From Trichoplax adhaerens (lineage: Eukaryota > Animalia > Placozoa): a stretch of DNA of 64,000 nucleotides. Below, in pieces: positions 50,801-63,928 of the stretch (positions are counted from its first letter, which is position 1; each line of letters opens with the position of its first letter). The stretch is from NCBI RefSeq assembly GCF_000150275.1, contig NW_002060976.1, positions 129,626-193,625 of the forward strand, given 5' to 3'. The notes beneath the pieces are model-generated. The model was given only the letters and a program-made list of their open reading frames with translations, ran no database searches and was not told where the DNA came from. The position numbers and the translations under genes are program-made.

Positions 50801-52410
50801 CTTACCTGGTACTTTCCAATTTTAAAACTGTGTGATTTGCACTGTCCCCAGAAAATAGCTTGACAATCTATTAAAGTGGTAATTTTGCATTAAGTTGAAA
50901 TACATTACTGATACGTTAAATATGTATAAATAAATTTTAAAGCTATAAATGGAGATCTTTTCCTTATTCGTAAGTAAATTTTTATGACCCTAATTAAATG
51001 AAGTAACCTTATTATGAAGGAGACGTTAACTAAGTAAAGAGATCAGAAAGTATAGACTTCATAATTGCATCAATATACTCGTTTCTTGTGCGCATATAAT
51101 ATTAATCAAATATTATAGTACTCATAACAACTTTGAACTAGTGGCATAAGGATTTCTATTATAAATTTTTAAAATTAATTTTTTTCTCGCTGATTTATCT
51201 TGAAATCTATTGTTATCCTGACTTAGCAATCCTTCAAAAAACGAAGCATAAATCATATCTAGACTTTCTCAGACAAGGCACATAACATCTTGATCATACG
51301 CACAAAAGTTGTAAGCCGTATGATCATGACAGTAAATGAATATGCAGCTACTAACACTAGCTTCGAATTACATTTACTCGATCATAGCAATACGTGACAA
51401 ATTATTGGGAAGTTTAATATCGATCTTGATATAACGTAATCTTAACAGATAATAAACAACTACTGATTTGACGTTTTTGGTATTCAAGAACTAATATTTC
51501 ATTTTCAACGGTATCTGTAGAAGCTAGCACTATACTTCAAGATAATATAAAGCCAATAAATATGATATCGATTCAATTAAATCATATACTCGTAAGAAGA
51601 ATTCCACTGACGCTATATTGTAATTGATATATTAAATATTTAAGTAAAGTTATCAAAATATATTTAAAGCTTTCAGTTATGTAATCACGACCAACTATGT
51701 AAGTCTAGAATAAAAGGATTAAAAAATTCATGAAAATAAACTCAATGTTCTATAGCATACAGTTTTTTGGATGTCTTTCGTTAGCTGTGGAGAAATATCA
51801 AAGTTTCCTGTCTCCCTTAAGGAATTGAACTCCAGATTTTTGATAACCAAGCTGCAATTCCAGTGAAGTCGTTTTATAGGGCTATTGGTTGCACCTTCAA
51901 TAGGAAAATAATTCATACGATTTTACGAATGTAAAAATGTTGTGGTTATAACAAGACCCAAATTTATCTGTGTTATAAGATGCCGTTAAGCTTCGCAAGA
52001 GATAATTCAATGATTAGCAATTTAACCAGTTTTGGTAGCGTAATTGATATTCTTATTATTGTTATCTAATAATTAAATGATTATCACATAACCGAATACA
52101 TCTTAAATTATTAGAAAAAAGTTTGTAGTTTGTAATACATAATATCTCTTATAATTAATATTACCTAATATATCCTAGCTGCATGTATATCAATCAGTGT
52201 AATATACCAACGAATTAACGTGACAAAAAGGATTTTTTATTCAAAATGTATAGAGTATTTCAGTTAAATTATAACATTTAAGACTTGTTAATTAATTAAT
52301 CTAATTGTAAAATTCCTCAAATAATTTTACAGACAGGATTACTAACCGGCACTTGTTAGTCCCAGGAGCACTAATAGTAAAATTGCAATCATTTTTCTCA
52401 ATGCGCTCAT
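41892..52410 (-). CDS. Signal peptide + SEA-like domain + family-B/adhesion-type 7TM receptor, 9 exons, 464 aa
   Basis: Exons 52347-52410, 51761-51894, 50806-50867, 49598-49681, 48599-48752, 47816-47976, 44005-44279, 42525-42600 and 41892-42276. All introns are GT-AG with compatible phases, and the exons total 1395 nt with no internal stop. Signal peptide MSALRKMIAILLLVLLGLTSA. TM motifs ICSGLSLASILISF, MIINL, LCKIISILVYLFMFSKILWM, AYGVP, YG...CW and SCQG. Confidence 0.85.
44746..44826. repeat. Mini fold-back element (~29-bp imperfect terminal inverted repeats, TA-rich flanks); possible MITE remnant
   Basis: ATATGAACGAGAACCGATACGAAATCGGT ... ACCGATTTTGCATCGGTTCTTGTTCATAT. Each arm is itself a hairpin. 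Confidence 0.6.
45529..45578. repeat. 23-bp tandem duplication
   Basis: GTATGTCAATACTA(G/C)ATAAGATG x2 followed by GTAT. Confidence 0.75.
45844..47083 (+). mobile_element. Solo LTR family A, copy 1 (~631 bp net, interrupted by a nested LTR), in a GPCR intron
   Basis: Highly similar to 63300-63928. Perfect TSD ACAAT (45839-45843 / 47084-47088), ends in TGTGACA, TATATAAA at 46878, AATAAA at 46901. Confidence 0.85.
45983..46586 (+). mobile_element. Solo LTR family B (604 bp) nested inside LTR-A copy 1
   Basis: TGTTAC...GTAACA termini, perfect TSD CACTT (45978-45982 / 46587-46591), TATAAAA at 46302 and AATAAA at 46428. It is absent from the paralogous site at ~63435. Confidence 0.9.
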
Positions 52411-53363
52411 ATTTTGGCTTTCTTTACTGCGGTGATTATTGTAGCATTAAGAGAAATGAAAATAAATCTTGAGTAAGATCGCAAGCCCTAAAATATCGTC
52501 GTTACTGTACTGTAGCGCATATAGATTTCTTATCATACATGCCCTTATATGTATACAACTGGTCTGCTTTGGTGGAATAATTCATTTGAAAATGACTATT
52601 TGACGTTAATAATAGATTATCTTGAAATGAAAAGAGTTCAAAGTTTAAAATTTGATGACGCTTGACAAGAAGACTTTAGCGAAATACAAAACATCCTTGA
52701 TATTGGTAAAATACGGGTAATTCAGTACGAATAGTTATTCATATACGTATAATTCTCATTTAATTAATGAATAGTGAATGAAAACTAGCTCAATTGAGGC
52801 ATTAGATATTAAAATTATATAATAGATAGAACGACAGTTATATTCATCCATTCTCCTTTTAAGTATAGCCAACAATGACACGCAGACATTTCAAATAGAA
52901 GAGCTAAACTCTTTTGTTGTTAAGGTTAAATATTGATGGATACTATTCCATGCGAAACCGTTTTTAGCCTCAATTAAGCTAATTAATTTAAAGATATTTG
53001 TTAGTCTACCCATTCCTAAATTATTAGCGATGCATGATACTTGCTACCAAAATTAGCTGCTGGAAGGAATTCTGAAAATTCAATTTTAATATGGAGTTAG
53101 GTAGTTAGGATTGTAGATCTCACGAATGCTTATTGGCTAGAATCATGTAAATACACGTAAAGCATTCTTTACAATTTCTGTCAATTTTTAAGCTAATAAA
53201 AGGAATAAGCCATATCCTGGTGTATTTGCTTTTGACATATTGCCATAATCATTGTAAAGCAGAAATTATATTAAATGACCCATTTGCGTAAGGTTACAAA
53301 TATTGAGTTGCTAGATGATAGATTTTGCAGAGATTAAATTTTCAGAAGTTAGTCTTCCGACGC

Positions 53364-53789
53364 TGTTACAGTGGTATGGAAATGTTCCGTGATAGGACAT
53401 ATCAGAATCTGACTATTTTGTATTTTTAGTCATTAGACGTCTGTGTTCGTAAATACCGTTGTCATTAGGCGGTGTTTCATTAGGCAGCACTAGGTAAAAT
53501 TAGCTATTGATTCATAGGTAGGTTTCAATGTTTATATCACTAACTAGGATATCTAAACTATTGTAAAAGAGTATATAAATGCGGTATATCGCACAGTAAA
53601 GTTAGTTCTTAACAATTAGTGTTTAACGTATAATATGAGGGGTCGAAGTCTTTGTGTAGTCTAATATTATATAATAATTATAGTAAAAAAGTTCATGATA
53701 GAGTAGATATTGCTCCCTGATACGCGGTTCAGGGGATTGACCTATTGATCGTGCATTACTTTACCTTGTAGCAAAGCTGTTTTGTCGCA
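53364..53789 (+). mobile_element. Solo LTR family A, diverged and shorter copy (426 bp)
   Basis: Starts TGTTACAGTGGTAT, then jumps to the shared GGAAATGTTCCGTGATAGGACATATC core, and ends GCAAAGCTGTTTTGTCGCA. Flanks GACGC / GACAC. Confidence 0.78.
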
Positions 53790-54499
53790 GACACTAATAA
53801 CGAATAAAGCTTTTACTTGAGGGTAATTCTGCGGTATATGGAATAGAGCACGATGCATTTACGCTGAAATTTCATTTCATCATGTTTTAGCTTCCGCAAA
53901 AGCTTATCCAATCAATATAGAGACGTAGGCCTTTATTCACGCGATATCCTTAAACATTTATATCTGTTTCAAGAATATGATATCAAAAAAGTTAGAGAAT
54001 CGATCTTCTTAAATTTGTACGATAAATTACTTATTATGACATTTAAAAGAATTTTAATTAAAAAACTTAAACTTGGCCGTCGTAAAGAAATTACGGTACT
54101 TAACAAATTAAAATCTGCATTAGCTTATTGAACTTTGGTAACGTAATATCATTACAGTTTTCTTTCTAAACATGTAATTATACTAAATTCTTTTAGGTAT
54201 AGACTCGTCAGGTGAAATTGGAAAAAAAATCGAAGGAAATCAAATTCATTATATTTCTAGTTCGCATTCACTACTCGTATTAAATATTTAAGAGCTGGTT
54301 AACACTTAGAGACCATATCTTAGTTTTTTCTAATTATAAAGCTTCTTGAATTTGGTAAAATATTCATTAGTTAATCAAATTAATTCTGATGGATGATGAA
54401 AGCCTTGTCTTATGATGTGAAATAAAGACTAATTCATCCTATAAACTACTCAAATAGACTTATTAAACAACATCAAAATTTAGGAATATTAAATGAAAG

Positions 54500-56120
54500 T
54501 TAGTTTATTACTTAATAGGGTTAGAAACAATCTTTAACATAGTCAAAAATCTAACAACGCATCTACCTATAATTCTGCTACTAGCAATCCTGAATCGTAA
54601 CACAAAACGATAACTTTTATAGATTCTTTAATAGCCTAATTTACAGTTATTTACTTAAATAATCCTTAATTTAATTCTGACATACAAGATATTGAATCTT
54701 CCTGTATTAATGATTTATATCAATCATAGGGCATTGATGTAATCGTCACTTTAGGTGCATACTTATTACTAGTCTTTAACAATTTTACTCTTTCTAACAA
54801 ATTCCTTTAATGGACTAATATTGTTCACAATCGAGATTTAAATTCTATATCCTCTATAATTCTCTACAGCTAATTACTAAACCTGCAGAAATTGTCTAGT
54901 ACTAATACTGTTTTTATTTACAAAATACGCGGTTTCTATTTAAATGGGAATATTTGAGTTGAGTTATTATGAAAAGCTATAGATGTGTCTACGTTTATAA
55001 AATTTCTGTCTTTACGGTACATTGTTGTGTATTTAACGTAGAGTAAAAGAGCGTTTAAGTCAGTAGCTCCAAATAAACCTAAACTTTATGTTTCTTTCTC
55101 GCTGAGCATAAATTTTGAAACCTTGATTTTGGTATCCCTAGCTAAATTTAATCGAGTCGAAATCATCTGCGTGATAAGTAAAGTAGATGAATAGGAGTAG
55201 GGCTTACAATCATTGTTAAGGCAATTATTAATTCTAGCCATATGAATAGGACCCTTTCTATTTAAATTATCTTAAACAATGGGCTGCTTACTTGATAAAA
55301 TGAATTGTAATCCTTAACAACTAAGCTGATGTAATTACGTACTGTAGTAATCGATAGATTCTAAGTCGATTAACATTTATTATTGAGAAAAAATACGCGT
55401 AATGTTACCCGTTATAATTCATTGATATTTTGATGATCAATTGCTAAAATTTATCGCCAAATATGGAATCAAGATACAATCTTTATACCTTATTCAGGAG
55501 TCTAGACTACTATGGTGAATAGATTCAAGTTTTTAGGTCACAATTATCTAAATAGAAAGAATTTTTGTCACAAACCAGCTTCGTGACATGGATAACGTAA
55601 AATAAATCTCGAAATTACTATAGTCTCCTGGATTCAGTATCATTTAACTACCTCACAAGAATTTAGACGCCTTTGATTCTACGTTAAACTCAACTAGACA
55701 ATTGAGAACTACTTTATTCAACTATCTGACGAGCTTACATACCCTTCTACAGCAGCTAACATTCACGAGTCATCTTATAAAAATACTTAGGTGAGAACAT
55801 CTACTAACTAATTTTTCACAGTCGGACTTCGGTATGTCCATTCACAGAATCATTTCAGTGCACATTACAGCACAGCATTAAATCTACTGTAACACATTTA
55901 TAGTTAGAGTAATTCCTATTGTAAGTAACTAATTGTAATATATTATCACTATATTATATTAACCAAATTTAGATAGCTATTTCTTCACGTTATTTCGTAC
56001 CGTGACACTTTTATAAGCTTAAATTAGAATAGTGTAATTATTTCTAAAGTATGCCTATAACTTGTATCAATTGCTGTATCCCTTAGCAACAATTATCATA
56101 CAAAAATTTGTTCGTGAATA
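54500..56120 (+). pseudogene. Very decayed LGR-like GPCR relic; boundaries approximate
   Basis: LRR-like NSFNGL (~54800), TM3-like TVVIDRF (~55340-55360) and TM7-like MPITCIN/LYPLAT (~56050-56090). Fragmentary. Confidence 0.3.
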
Positions 56121-58226
56121 ACAGTAAAAATTTTCAAGTTTACTGATTTTATAAATAAAGTCTTAGACAATGATGCTAATAATTTGTAGTATAATAAATT
56201 TTACTGATTGCAGATAAATTTGTATACCATAATTCGAGTAGGAGAGTATTATTATGAAGGCTAACCTTGTTAGTTGACGAACAGTATTATGTCAGTTGTC
56301 GACTATTCAATATGATAGTTCATCGAGGTAAAAATTCAATTTAGGTACACCTAAAATATCCATGACCAAATACATAAGTTAAGCTTCGTCTAAGATTGAT
56401 TATATTATTATTTCATCTACGAAAAATGTAGAACATTGGCTATATTCGAGTTTTTGACCAATTGTTTGATGGCTCATACATAATATTTAAAACTTTATGA
56501 TTTCATTGGCCTCGGTCTAAATTGATACTTATTTCAGCTTAAGGTGCCTTAAAGATTCTCTGCTAACCTACCCTACGAGAAAACAGTTGATAAATACTAT
56601 TATAAATGCTCGCTGAAATAATGAGCAGGTCTTTTCAATACAACGATTTTGATAGATCAAACTTTTAGAATCTAAAATTTAAGTTGTTTTATCATTGACT
56701 CTCTACCAAATTATTTACTGAATAGATTTAAATTGATATCAGTTACGGATTATACTAATAATAATTAATATAGCGTTTACTTGTGTGATTATTAGTGTGC
56801 CTAATATATAACCAACGTTAAGTTCTAAAAGTAGTCATATTTTCTTATTCTCCAGACTATGAAATTATTTCATATAGTATGCACTTGAATTCGTACCGGT
56901 CTAGATTTTTATGAATAATTTATCCTGTATTTCTTTTTGTGATTTTCGAGATGCCTTAATATGCGAAATACTTTATATCTAAATAGACGTTGAGCGAAAG
57001 ATATCTTGAAATTAAAAGAACCAACTACTTCAAAAAAGAAACTAGCAGGTAGCTATTTGATTTAATGTATTTAACTGTGAATGATTAAATCATTACGAAA
57101 TATTAAGCAATCTTAGCTTCCACTTTATGTTGTTAATAATAAATTAGCTTCTCCATTGATTAAAAATATGCACTACATTTATATCCGCGAAATTTAGTGG
57201 CGAAATGCAACTTAAAATAAGTACGCCATACGGTGAAATTCCAGATTTGAAGCGGGCTTCACTATGACAGATTCTGTGCCTTGACCTTTCCGTATTTATT
57301 CGGTTTTTATTTATTAATAAAAGCTTCATATTAGCTGCGCTAGCAATTTGATCAATTAGTTACATTTTGTAAATAAGCTACCCTTAGTATTTGCAAAACA
57401 TCTCCATTAAAATATCTACGTGCTACGTAAGTATAATTTATCATTTACTTAGCTGCTAAGGTGCTTTCCAATTTAATATAACACTAAAATAAAAGCTGCA
57501 ATCAATAATGATCTCTAGAAAGAAGACCAAATAACTTATCGCTATTATAATATAAAATGCAACATAACTGTTTCTTTTCTAATCGTATGTAGCTCAGTGA
57601 TAGAGAGAAAAGCAACAGCACTTTAACATCGAAGTCAAAAACTAAACTTTAGCATACATTAAATATATAAGACTGGATCGATCTGTTTTATTTCAAACAT
57701 AAACAAATTGAATCAAAAGAAATATAACTTTAAAGGCAGCTGTTTATACCATAGAATCATCAAAGTAAAGTTTAACTATCAAAATAAGTAACTCACATTG
57801 GTAATTTTGTATACTATCCACCAACTTATTATAAATTAAAAATTAAGGCACTATGTAATAGGTAATATTTGTCACAAAGTCCGAAATTTTAATTGTCAAC
57901 TTTTAAATGCATCAAATATTGAAGCCGCTGGTAATGCTATTGAATTTTTTTAAAATTTCAAGCTAGCAGGCAACGAATGCATAATAAATTTATTCAATTC
58001 ATATGAATTATTTAGAAAAAGATTTGTCTGACCTGTAACTAAGCATCGGAAGATAATACTGTCCAGTTAATAAACAGTATTAATTTTTGAGTAGAATTCT
58101 TCTATATTGGTCAATAAATCTAGCTAAATACTGTTAGCTTAAACAGACATTGATAAAAATTAAATAATTTTCAAGAATTCCACCGAGATTTATTAACTTT
58201 ATCTTTAACTAGCTATTTTGTCATAG

Positions 58227-59837
58227 TTAGGAAATTAAATCCATTAACTGCTGATTATTAGTTGTTTTTGATTTTCGAATGCACTGCTTCCAGACAACAG
58301 TAAAAAATACACTAATGATTAATGTGCCAATTAAACCCGCAACAACATATATTATAGCAAATTGATTGGATTGATTGCAATTAGGGATTCTCCGACAAGG
58401 TGCGTTGCCAGACATATCCATAAAACTATGAAAAGCTGGAGTGCAGCAAGAATCATTACAATTGCTTTGATATCCGCAATCGCATTCTTCTCCTTCATCT
58501 ATAATTCCGTTACCGCATATTGGATAATGCTGATTAATTAAGCACCCACGCTGCTTATTCCAACCTTTTGTGACGATGGAATGATAAATTGCTTGTCGAC
58601 TACACGGAGAAAATAAATAATTATTCATTTTTTCCCCACTAGAAACTGCTGCATGCATAAGATAAAACCCTTTTTCGCCAGTCGGTGAACATAACTTGGT
58701 AAAGTTATCGTGTTTAGAACCAAATATATGGCCAATTTCGTGGGCTGCAATCATTTCACGTAAAGGATAGATTAAAGTTTTACTTAGTCGAGACACTGAT
58801 AATAAACCTACGTTAGAACTGGACAGAACTCCATTGTCTTCATAATGATATTTAGTACAGATTCCTTCGTCAATTTTGTAGCCACTATTTGCAATTCCTG
58901 TCACTTGCTGCTTGAAATGATGATCTATGAATAGAAATCCCATACAGTATTGACTGTAGTTATAATAGGCCGTCCAATTATTGAAGTAATATGTTGGATT
59001 CGCTATCGGATCCAACCGACTAAAATTCGTTTTTGCTGAAATAGATTGGATAGCAATGCCAATGCTGTCGGCTTGTCCATCGCCATTAAAGTCAGTCTTC
59101 CTGAAGATTTGATTAACGCCTTGCAGTAATACCGAAATACCAATAAGAGCATGAAATGGATCGCCATAGCGTTGAAGAACATGCCGATCAATATCAATAC
59201 GTGCCAAACAGGTATTATTGATATTGTTAAAATTATGATTCTGCTGTCTAGCTTGCCTCGTATTTAAATGATGATTGTAAGATGCAAAAGATGAAAATAA
59301 CGGATCATGTAACCATCTGTCGGAAGATTGAACATCCCTAGAAGCTCGAAAGCGTGAACTAATATCGATGTTGCGATAGATGATGAACTGATTACCGTTG
59401 CTTGCTAATGAAGGAAAGAATTTTGCGTATTCGACGTAGTATTTAACACGATCAAGAGTGAAGACGCCTTGAAACTGACCAGAATTATAGATGTATCCAA
59501 ATGCTTCCGTTTCAGGATGTGATTGGATTGAGCCATATACAAAATGTGATCGATCAAAGGAAGCTATGGTGCTAGGATCAAATTCTAATACTAAATCAGA
59601 ATGAAATAGTAGTGACTGACTATGTAAGACTAACTTAAATACTCGATTATAAGCTTCGACTTGCAATTCAAACTGATAAACGTTGCTATGCTGATTGGAA
59701 GAATTGAACAGTGCTTTAGAATAAGAAGTAAACTTAGGAACTTGATAATCCTTAAGATAGGCAACCTTACCACTTGAGCATAGAAAAATGTCACAGCTGA
59801 TTATCGTTATGACGAGGAGGAGCGATGATTTAATCAT
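58227..59837 (-). CDS. Second intronless ADAM10/17-like metalloprotease, paralog of 34843-36501
   Basis: Likely ATG at 59837 (MIKSSLLLVITIISC signal peptide), HEIGHIFGSKHD, YLMH, CGNGIIDEGEECDCG and a C-terminal TM helix. Confidence 0.92.
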   Translation of the reverse strand: MIKSSLLLVITIISCDIFLCSSGKVAYLKDYQVPKFTSYSKALFNSSNQHSNVYQFELQVEAYNRVFKLVLHSQSLLFHSDLVLEFDPSTIASFDRSHFVYGSIQSHPETEAFGYIYNSGQFQGVFTLDRVKYYVEYAKFFPSLASNGNQFIIYRNIDISSRFRASRDVQSSDRWLHDPLFSSFASYNHHLNTRQARQQNHNFNNINNTCLARIDIDRHVLQRYGDPFHALIGISVLLQGVNQIFRKTDFNGDGQADSIGIAIQSISAKTNFSRLDPIANPTYYFNNWTAYYNYSQYCMGFLFIDHHFKQQVTGIANSGYKIDEGICTKYHYEDNGVLSSSNVGLLSVSRLSKTLIYPLREMIAAHEIGHIFGSKHDNFTKLCSPTGEKGFYLMHAAVSSGEKMNNYLFSPCSRQAIYHSIVTKGWNKQRGCLINQHYPICGNGIIDEGEECDCGYQSNCNDSCCTPAFHSFMDMSGNAPCRRIPNCNQSNQFAIIYVVAGLIGTLIISVFFTVVWKQCIRKSKTTNNQQLMDLIS

Positions 59838-62800
59838 GGTAAAATAACCAGTTAAGATTATATTTTCAAAGTGCGAAATTAAGAGCAATGAAGGCAGCAG
59901 TAAAATTTAAAAGCTTGATATCAGCGATAAAATTGGCCTAGCCTACTTATAATGATTCGCGTAAGAATTTAGGAATTTACTAAGTATATCACCGGATCTT
60001 GGTACAATGTTGCTGTGGCTTTTAATCCTGAAAGAAGTTATTCGATCAATCTGAGCAATCTTATAATTTACGAATAATAAATATAAGAACAACATTGAAA
60101 ATTTAAAATAAAAGTTTGAATAAAACATAAAATTATATAAATATGATACAATTTGATAAATTAAGGTCTAACTTACAAAAGTTGAATTTGCTATAATTAA
60201 CTATTTATTCCAATTGACGATATCAGATTAACATTTAATGAAGCAGCTGCAGACGTTGATCATGAAATCGGTGAATAATTGATGTTTTTGAAGACAGAAA
60301 CTTCCTTTGGTATCAGAAATAGCCCAGTAAAATACTTTGTTTAAATGAGATATCGAAATTCACATTTCTTTGCAAAGTATACATCACTCTAACGTTTAAT
60401 AAAGTTCAAATAAGGATACTATTAAATCAAAGATTTCGAAAACCTAACTTTTCTTATCGATTTATTCAGGTATTTCATTAGCAGGTGATAATGAATGAGA
60501 ACATGATAAGAACTACAAGTTAATTCTGGTAATGCATTTTGGCATTAATGCAGCCCGAGGTTGATTTAAAATTTGTGAAATTGAGTAGAGTTAAAGTCGT
60601 TTCATTGATTGCAAATTGGATAATATTATGAGCAGACATTAAGAAATTCTATATTAACAACTTCGTTTTAGCATTCCTTTCGCCACAACGTAAAAAATTG
60701 CGTTATGATACCAAGTGAGGTAACTTTTACTTGTTCCAGAATATCGTGAACTCGATTTTGAATAATTAAATGAAGCGCGATGTAAATATTTCTATATAAC
60801 CTGAAAAAGCATATTAATTAACACCTGGCCTACGCATATGTCACGCATGATTACTCAGTTGGTAAAATATATTTCGAAAATATTTTAAAGTTAAGATCAA
60901 TGGATGTAAATACTATTATCAGATCGCTTCATCGATTACTCAAACGAACGAAATGACGGAAAATAATCATGTTCGGTTAATCAATTTTACTTATTTTCTC
61001 AAGTAAAATTTCGATAATCATAGTTCCATCCAAAACATTATCTCTGTTACCTAGATTAGAATAAAATTTTCTGTTCATAAATCCAAAAACAACTGCAAGT
61101 AGTCTACTGAAGCATAGTTAAGACTGCATTCTGTATATGTGTCAAATTTTTTTGACAGAGATTCGTTTTCAAACTGAAAACTACCATAAAGCCTTATGAA
61201 GCCTCAATAGCCCAATATATTCGATTCTTAATCAATTAATAACCTGTTAACATATGAGAGGGGTTCAATCTTAAAAGCTTATGGAATGAAAGCCACAAAA
61301 TCCGATCTATTAGGCATAAATAGTTCTGAACCCGTAATTATGAATTAATCAAGATTTATTAGGCTGTACTCTAGCTAGAGTAAATTGTAAAACATTTAAA
61401 GCATATTACAATATAATCCCTCTGAACACGCAAAAGATAATTTTTTAATTACGATCATAGACACATTGCCATTCATAGCTGTGCTATAAATCTCTAAATT
61501 CGATTTGCGTTACAAAGCAAACTATTCACTTTTTTTAAATAAAAGATTATCTCACCATTGGATCAATAGGCTTTACTAATTCTGATAAGGTCTCAGATTG
61601 AAATCGATAATAATAAGCTTTAACCCTATCTTAGACAAAAAATTGTTCTTGAGGCTATAATAAGTAAAGGATACCGACGTAAAATTGCAATGTGTAATAA
61701 TGGGAAAGCGACCCTGATTGCTTTCTTTATCCATGCTTTAAGGTTATTATTCCAATATGAGATAATTCATGTTACAATATCAGTATGTCCTTTTTCGGTA
61801 AATTATTAAATCAGTATCCGTACAGCATATCACATCAAATAATATACTGAACTGTCTTTCTGTATCAGTTCCGTAGAAGATGCAGGTATGAAGTTGATCA
61901 ACAATTTAAATTACGAATTTGAAAATACTACATAGGATTATTGAGATCCAATCATTATTTTTCTATACATTTATCACGCAAGCTTGACGTAAGTCAATAA
62001 AATAGATTTCCATGATTCCGCCGTTCTTTTTCGCCTATTTAATAATCAATACTGCTGCAATGTTTCCGTCCGTAAATAAAAAGGCGATAGCTGAATATAA
62101 ACTGATTTCAATAATATTGATTAAACAAATATATTCTTAATGAAAAGTAAAAAAGTTTAAGGAAGCACCTTATGTAATATAATATTAATGAATACAATTT
62201 TTAGTCTGGCAAAATACTGTTCTTAAGAGGTTAAAATAAAATTGCCCTTATCTTGTAATGCATTTAGCTAAAGATAATTTTCTATTTATATTCTTAAATT
62301 TGCTTTTTACTGTTCTTAATTTATTAATATATTAATACCACATTTCCCCTTTAAGCTTATGATTGAACTATTACATTCTGATCATGATGCATAAGTAATC
62401 AAGCAGTTTTAAAGCACTCGATCGTCAGTATTTTATAGCGAAGTCTGTCGTCATAAAACTAGATGCACTAAGCAAACGAATATTCTATAACCGATGCTTC
62501 ATTACGAATATCATTCTACTTAGTAGAAATAGAATCAAGTCGTACGCTTCCTCAAAATGGCAGAGTAGAAATTCTTATAAGATGATTCACCTATTTCACT
62601 GTCTGACGCCAAGTTCAGAAATGTATAACGAAATATTTATATTGACATTGCCGGACTTGAGCAATGCACTCTTCCAGATTTCTTCTCCTTAGATTTGTAG
62701 GATGCTGAAAGTTGCAATCCAATATTCTACCCACCGCTTTTTCAATTACAATACTGCATAGTAGAAAGGATCAACCTTATGTGTAGTAAGTTAGAATAGT

Positions 62801-63299
62801 AATAGCTACGATAGAGCCATGTTAAAGATATCTAAAATATAAATTGCATGGTAGCTTCAACATTTTCTTCCAGACTGGAAAGCAGTACATGATTTATTGA
62901 TCTTTATTGAGAGCCACTGATGAAATTTGTTATGTAGGTGGTACAATGCGCTTAAAATAGTGTTAGTACACATTGAAGCTGCGAGGAGACTCTTATAACT
63001 AGTTTTCTACGTAATTCCTTCCGTTGACCCAGTTTAGTAAGCAAAAGCTTTCAGTACGAGTCTAATTGCTTGCAATGAGGATAATGAATGATGTGGGAAA
63101 GATAGCCCTCTTATTACGCTACAAGAGAAATAGATATAACTTAGAATAAAATGAAGGATGTGAAGTGATCAAACGAATGGTCATTTCTTTTTTCCGTTTT
63201 TTGATTAATTGAAGATTAACTATGAAAAGAAGAACTAGTGTAGTACGGTCTTAATATCACATACTCGTATATCAATGCACTATGATGGTTGATTATCAT

Positions 63300-63928
63300 T
63301 GTGACAGTGTTATATACTGTATTACAGTAGAAATATCTATGCTAGGATTATTCTGTTAGCCTATCCTATTTAGTTAACTTCTAATTTGGATATACTGTGT
63401 TTTAATATAGCACTGACTTTTTATGACAGTGATACATATACTTATACTGAAATTAACGGTTATAATACGGAATGCAAATCATCTACATACAGTTCCAATC
63501 ATTGTGATTGTAATTTACTTATGGTAGATTGCAAATTATCGTGGAAATGTTCCGTGATAGGACATATCGTGATCTGACTATTCTGTATTAGTCACCAGAT
63601 GTCTATGTTCGTAAATACTGTTGTCTGCATTAAGGGAGCAGTAGCTAAAATTAATATCTAATTCAGTAAATAATTCCAAACTTAATCCTACTAACTATGA
63701 CTCATAAACTATTGAGGAAGAGTATATAAATGCAGTATATCGTGTAATAAAGTGGATTCTTAAACTTAGCGTTTAACGTAAAATACGAGGCGTTTAAGTC
63801 TTTGTGTAGTCTGCTAATAGAGCAAAAGTGTTTCCGATAGTGCAGATATCGTTCCTTGATACGTGGTTCAAGGAATTGACTTATTGATCGTACATTACGT
63901 TTTCTTGTTGCAAAGCTGTTTTGTGACA
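63300..63928 (+). mobile_element. Solo LTR family A, uninterrupted copy (629 bp)
   Basis: TGTGACAG...TGTGACA termini, flanks ATCAT / GTCAT, TATATAAA at 63723 and AATAAA at 63746. Confidence 0.85.

Noticed and set aside
47084-63299. Full-length LTR retrotransposon bounded by the two similar LTR-A copies
   Set aside because: Each copy has its own distinct TSD, and the interval holds host genes with no gag/pol ORF.
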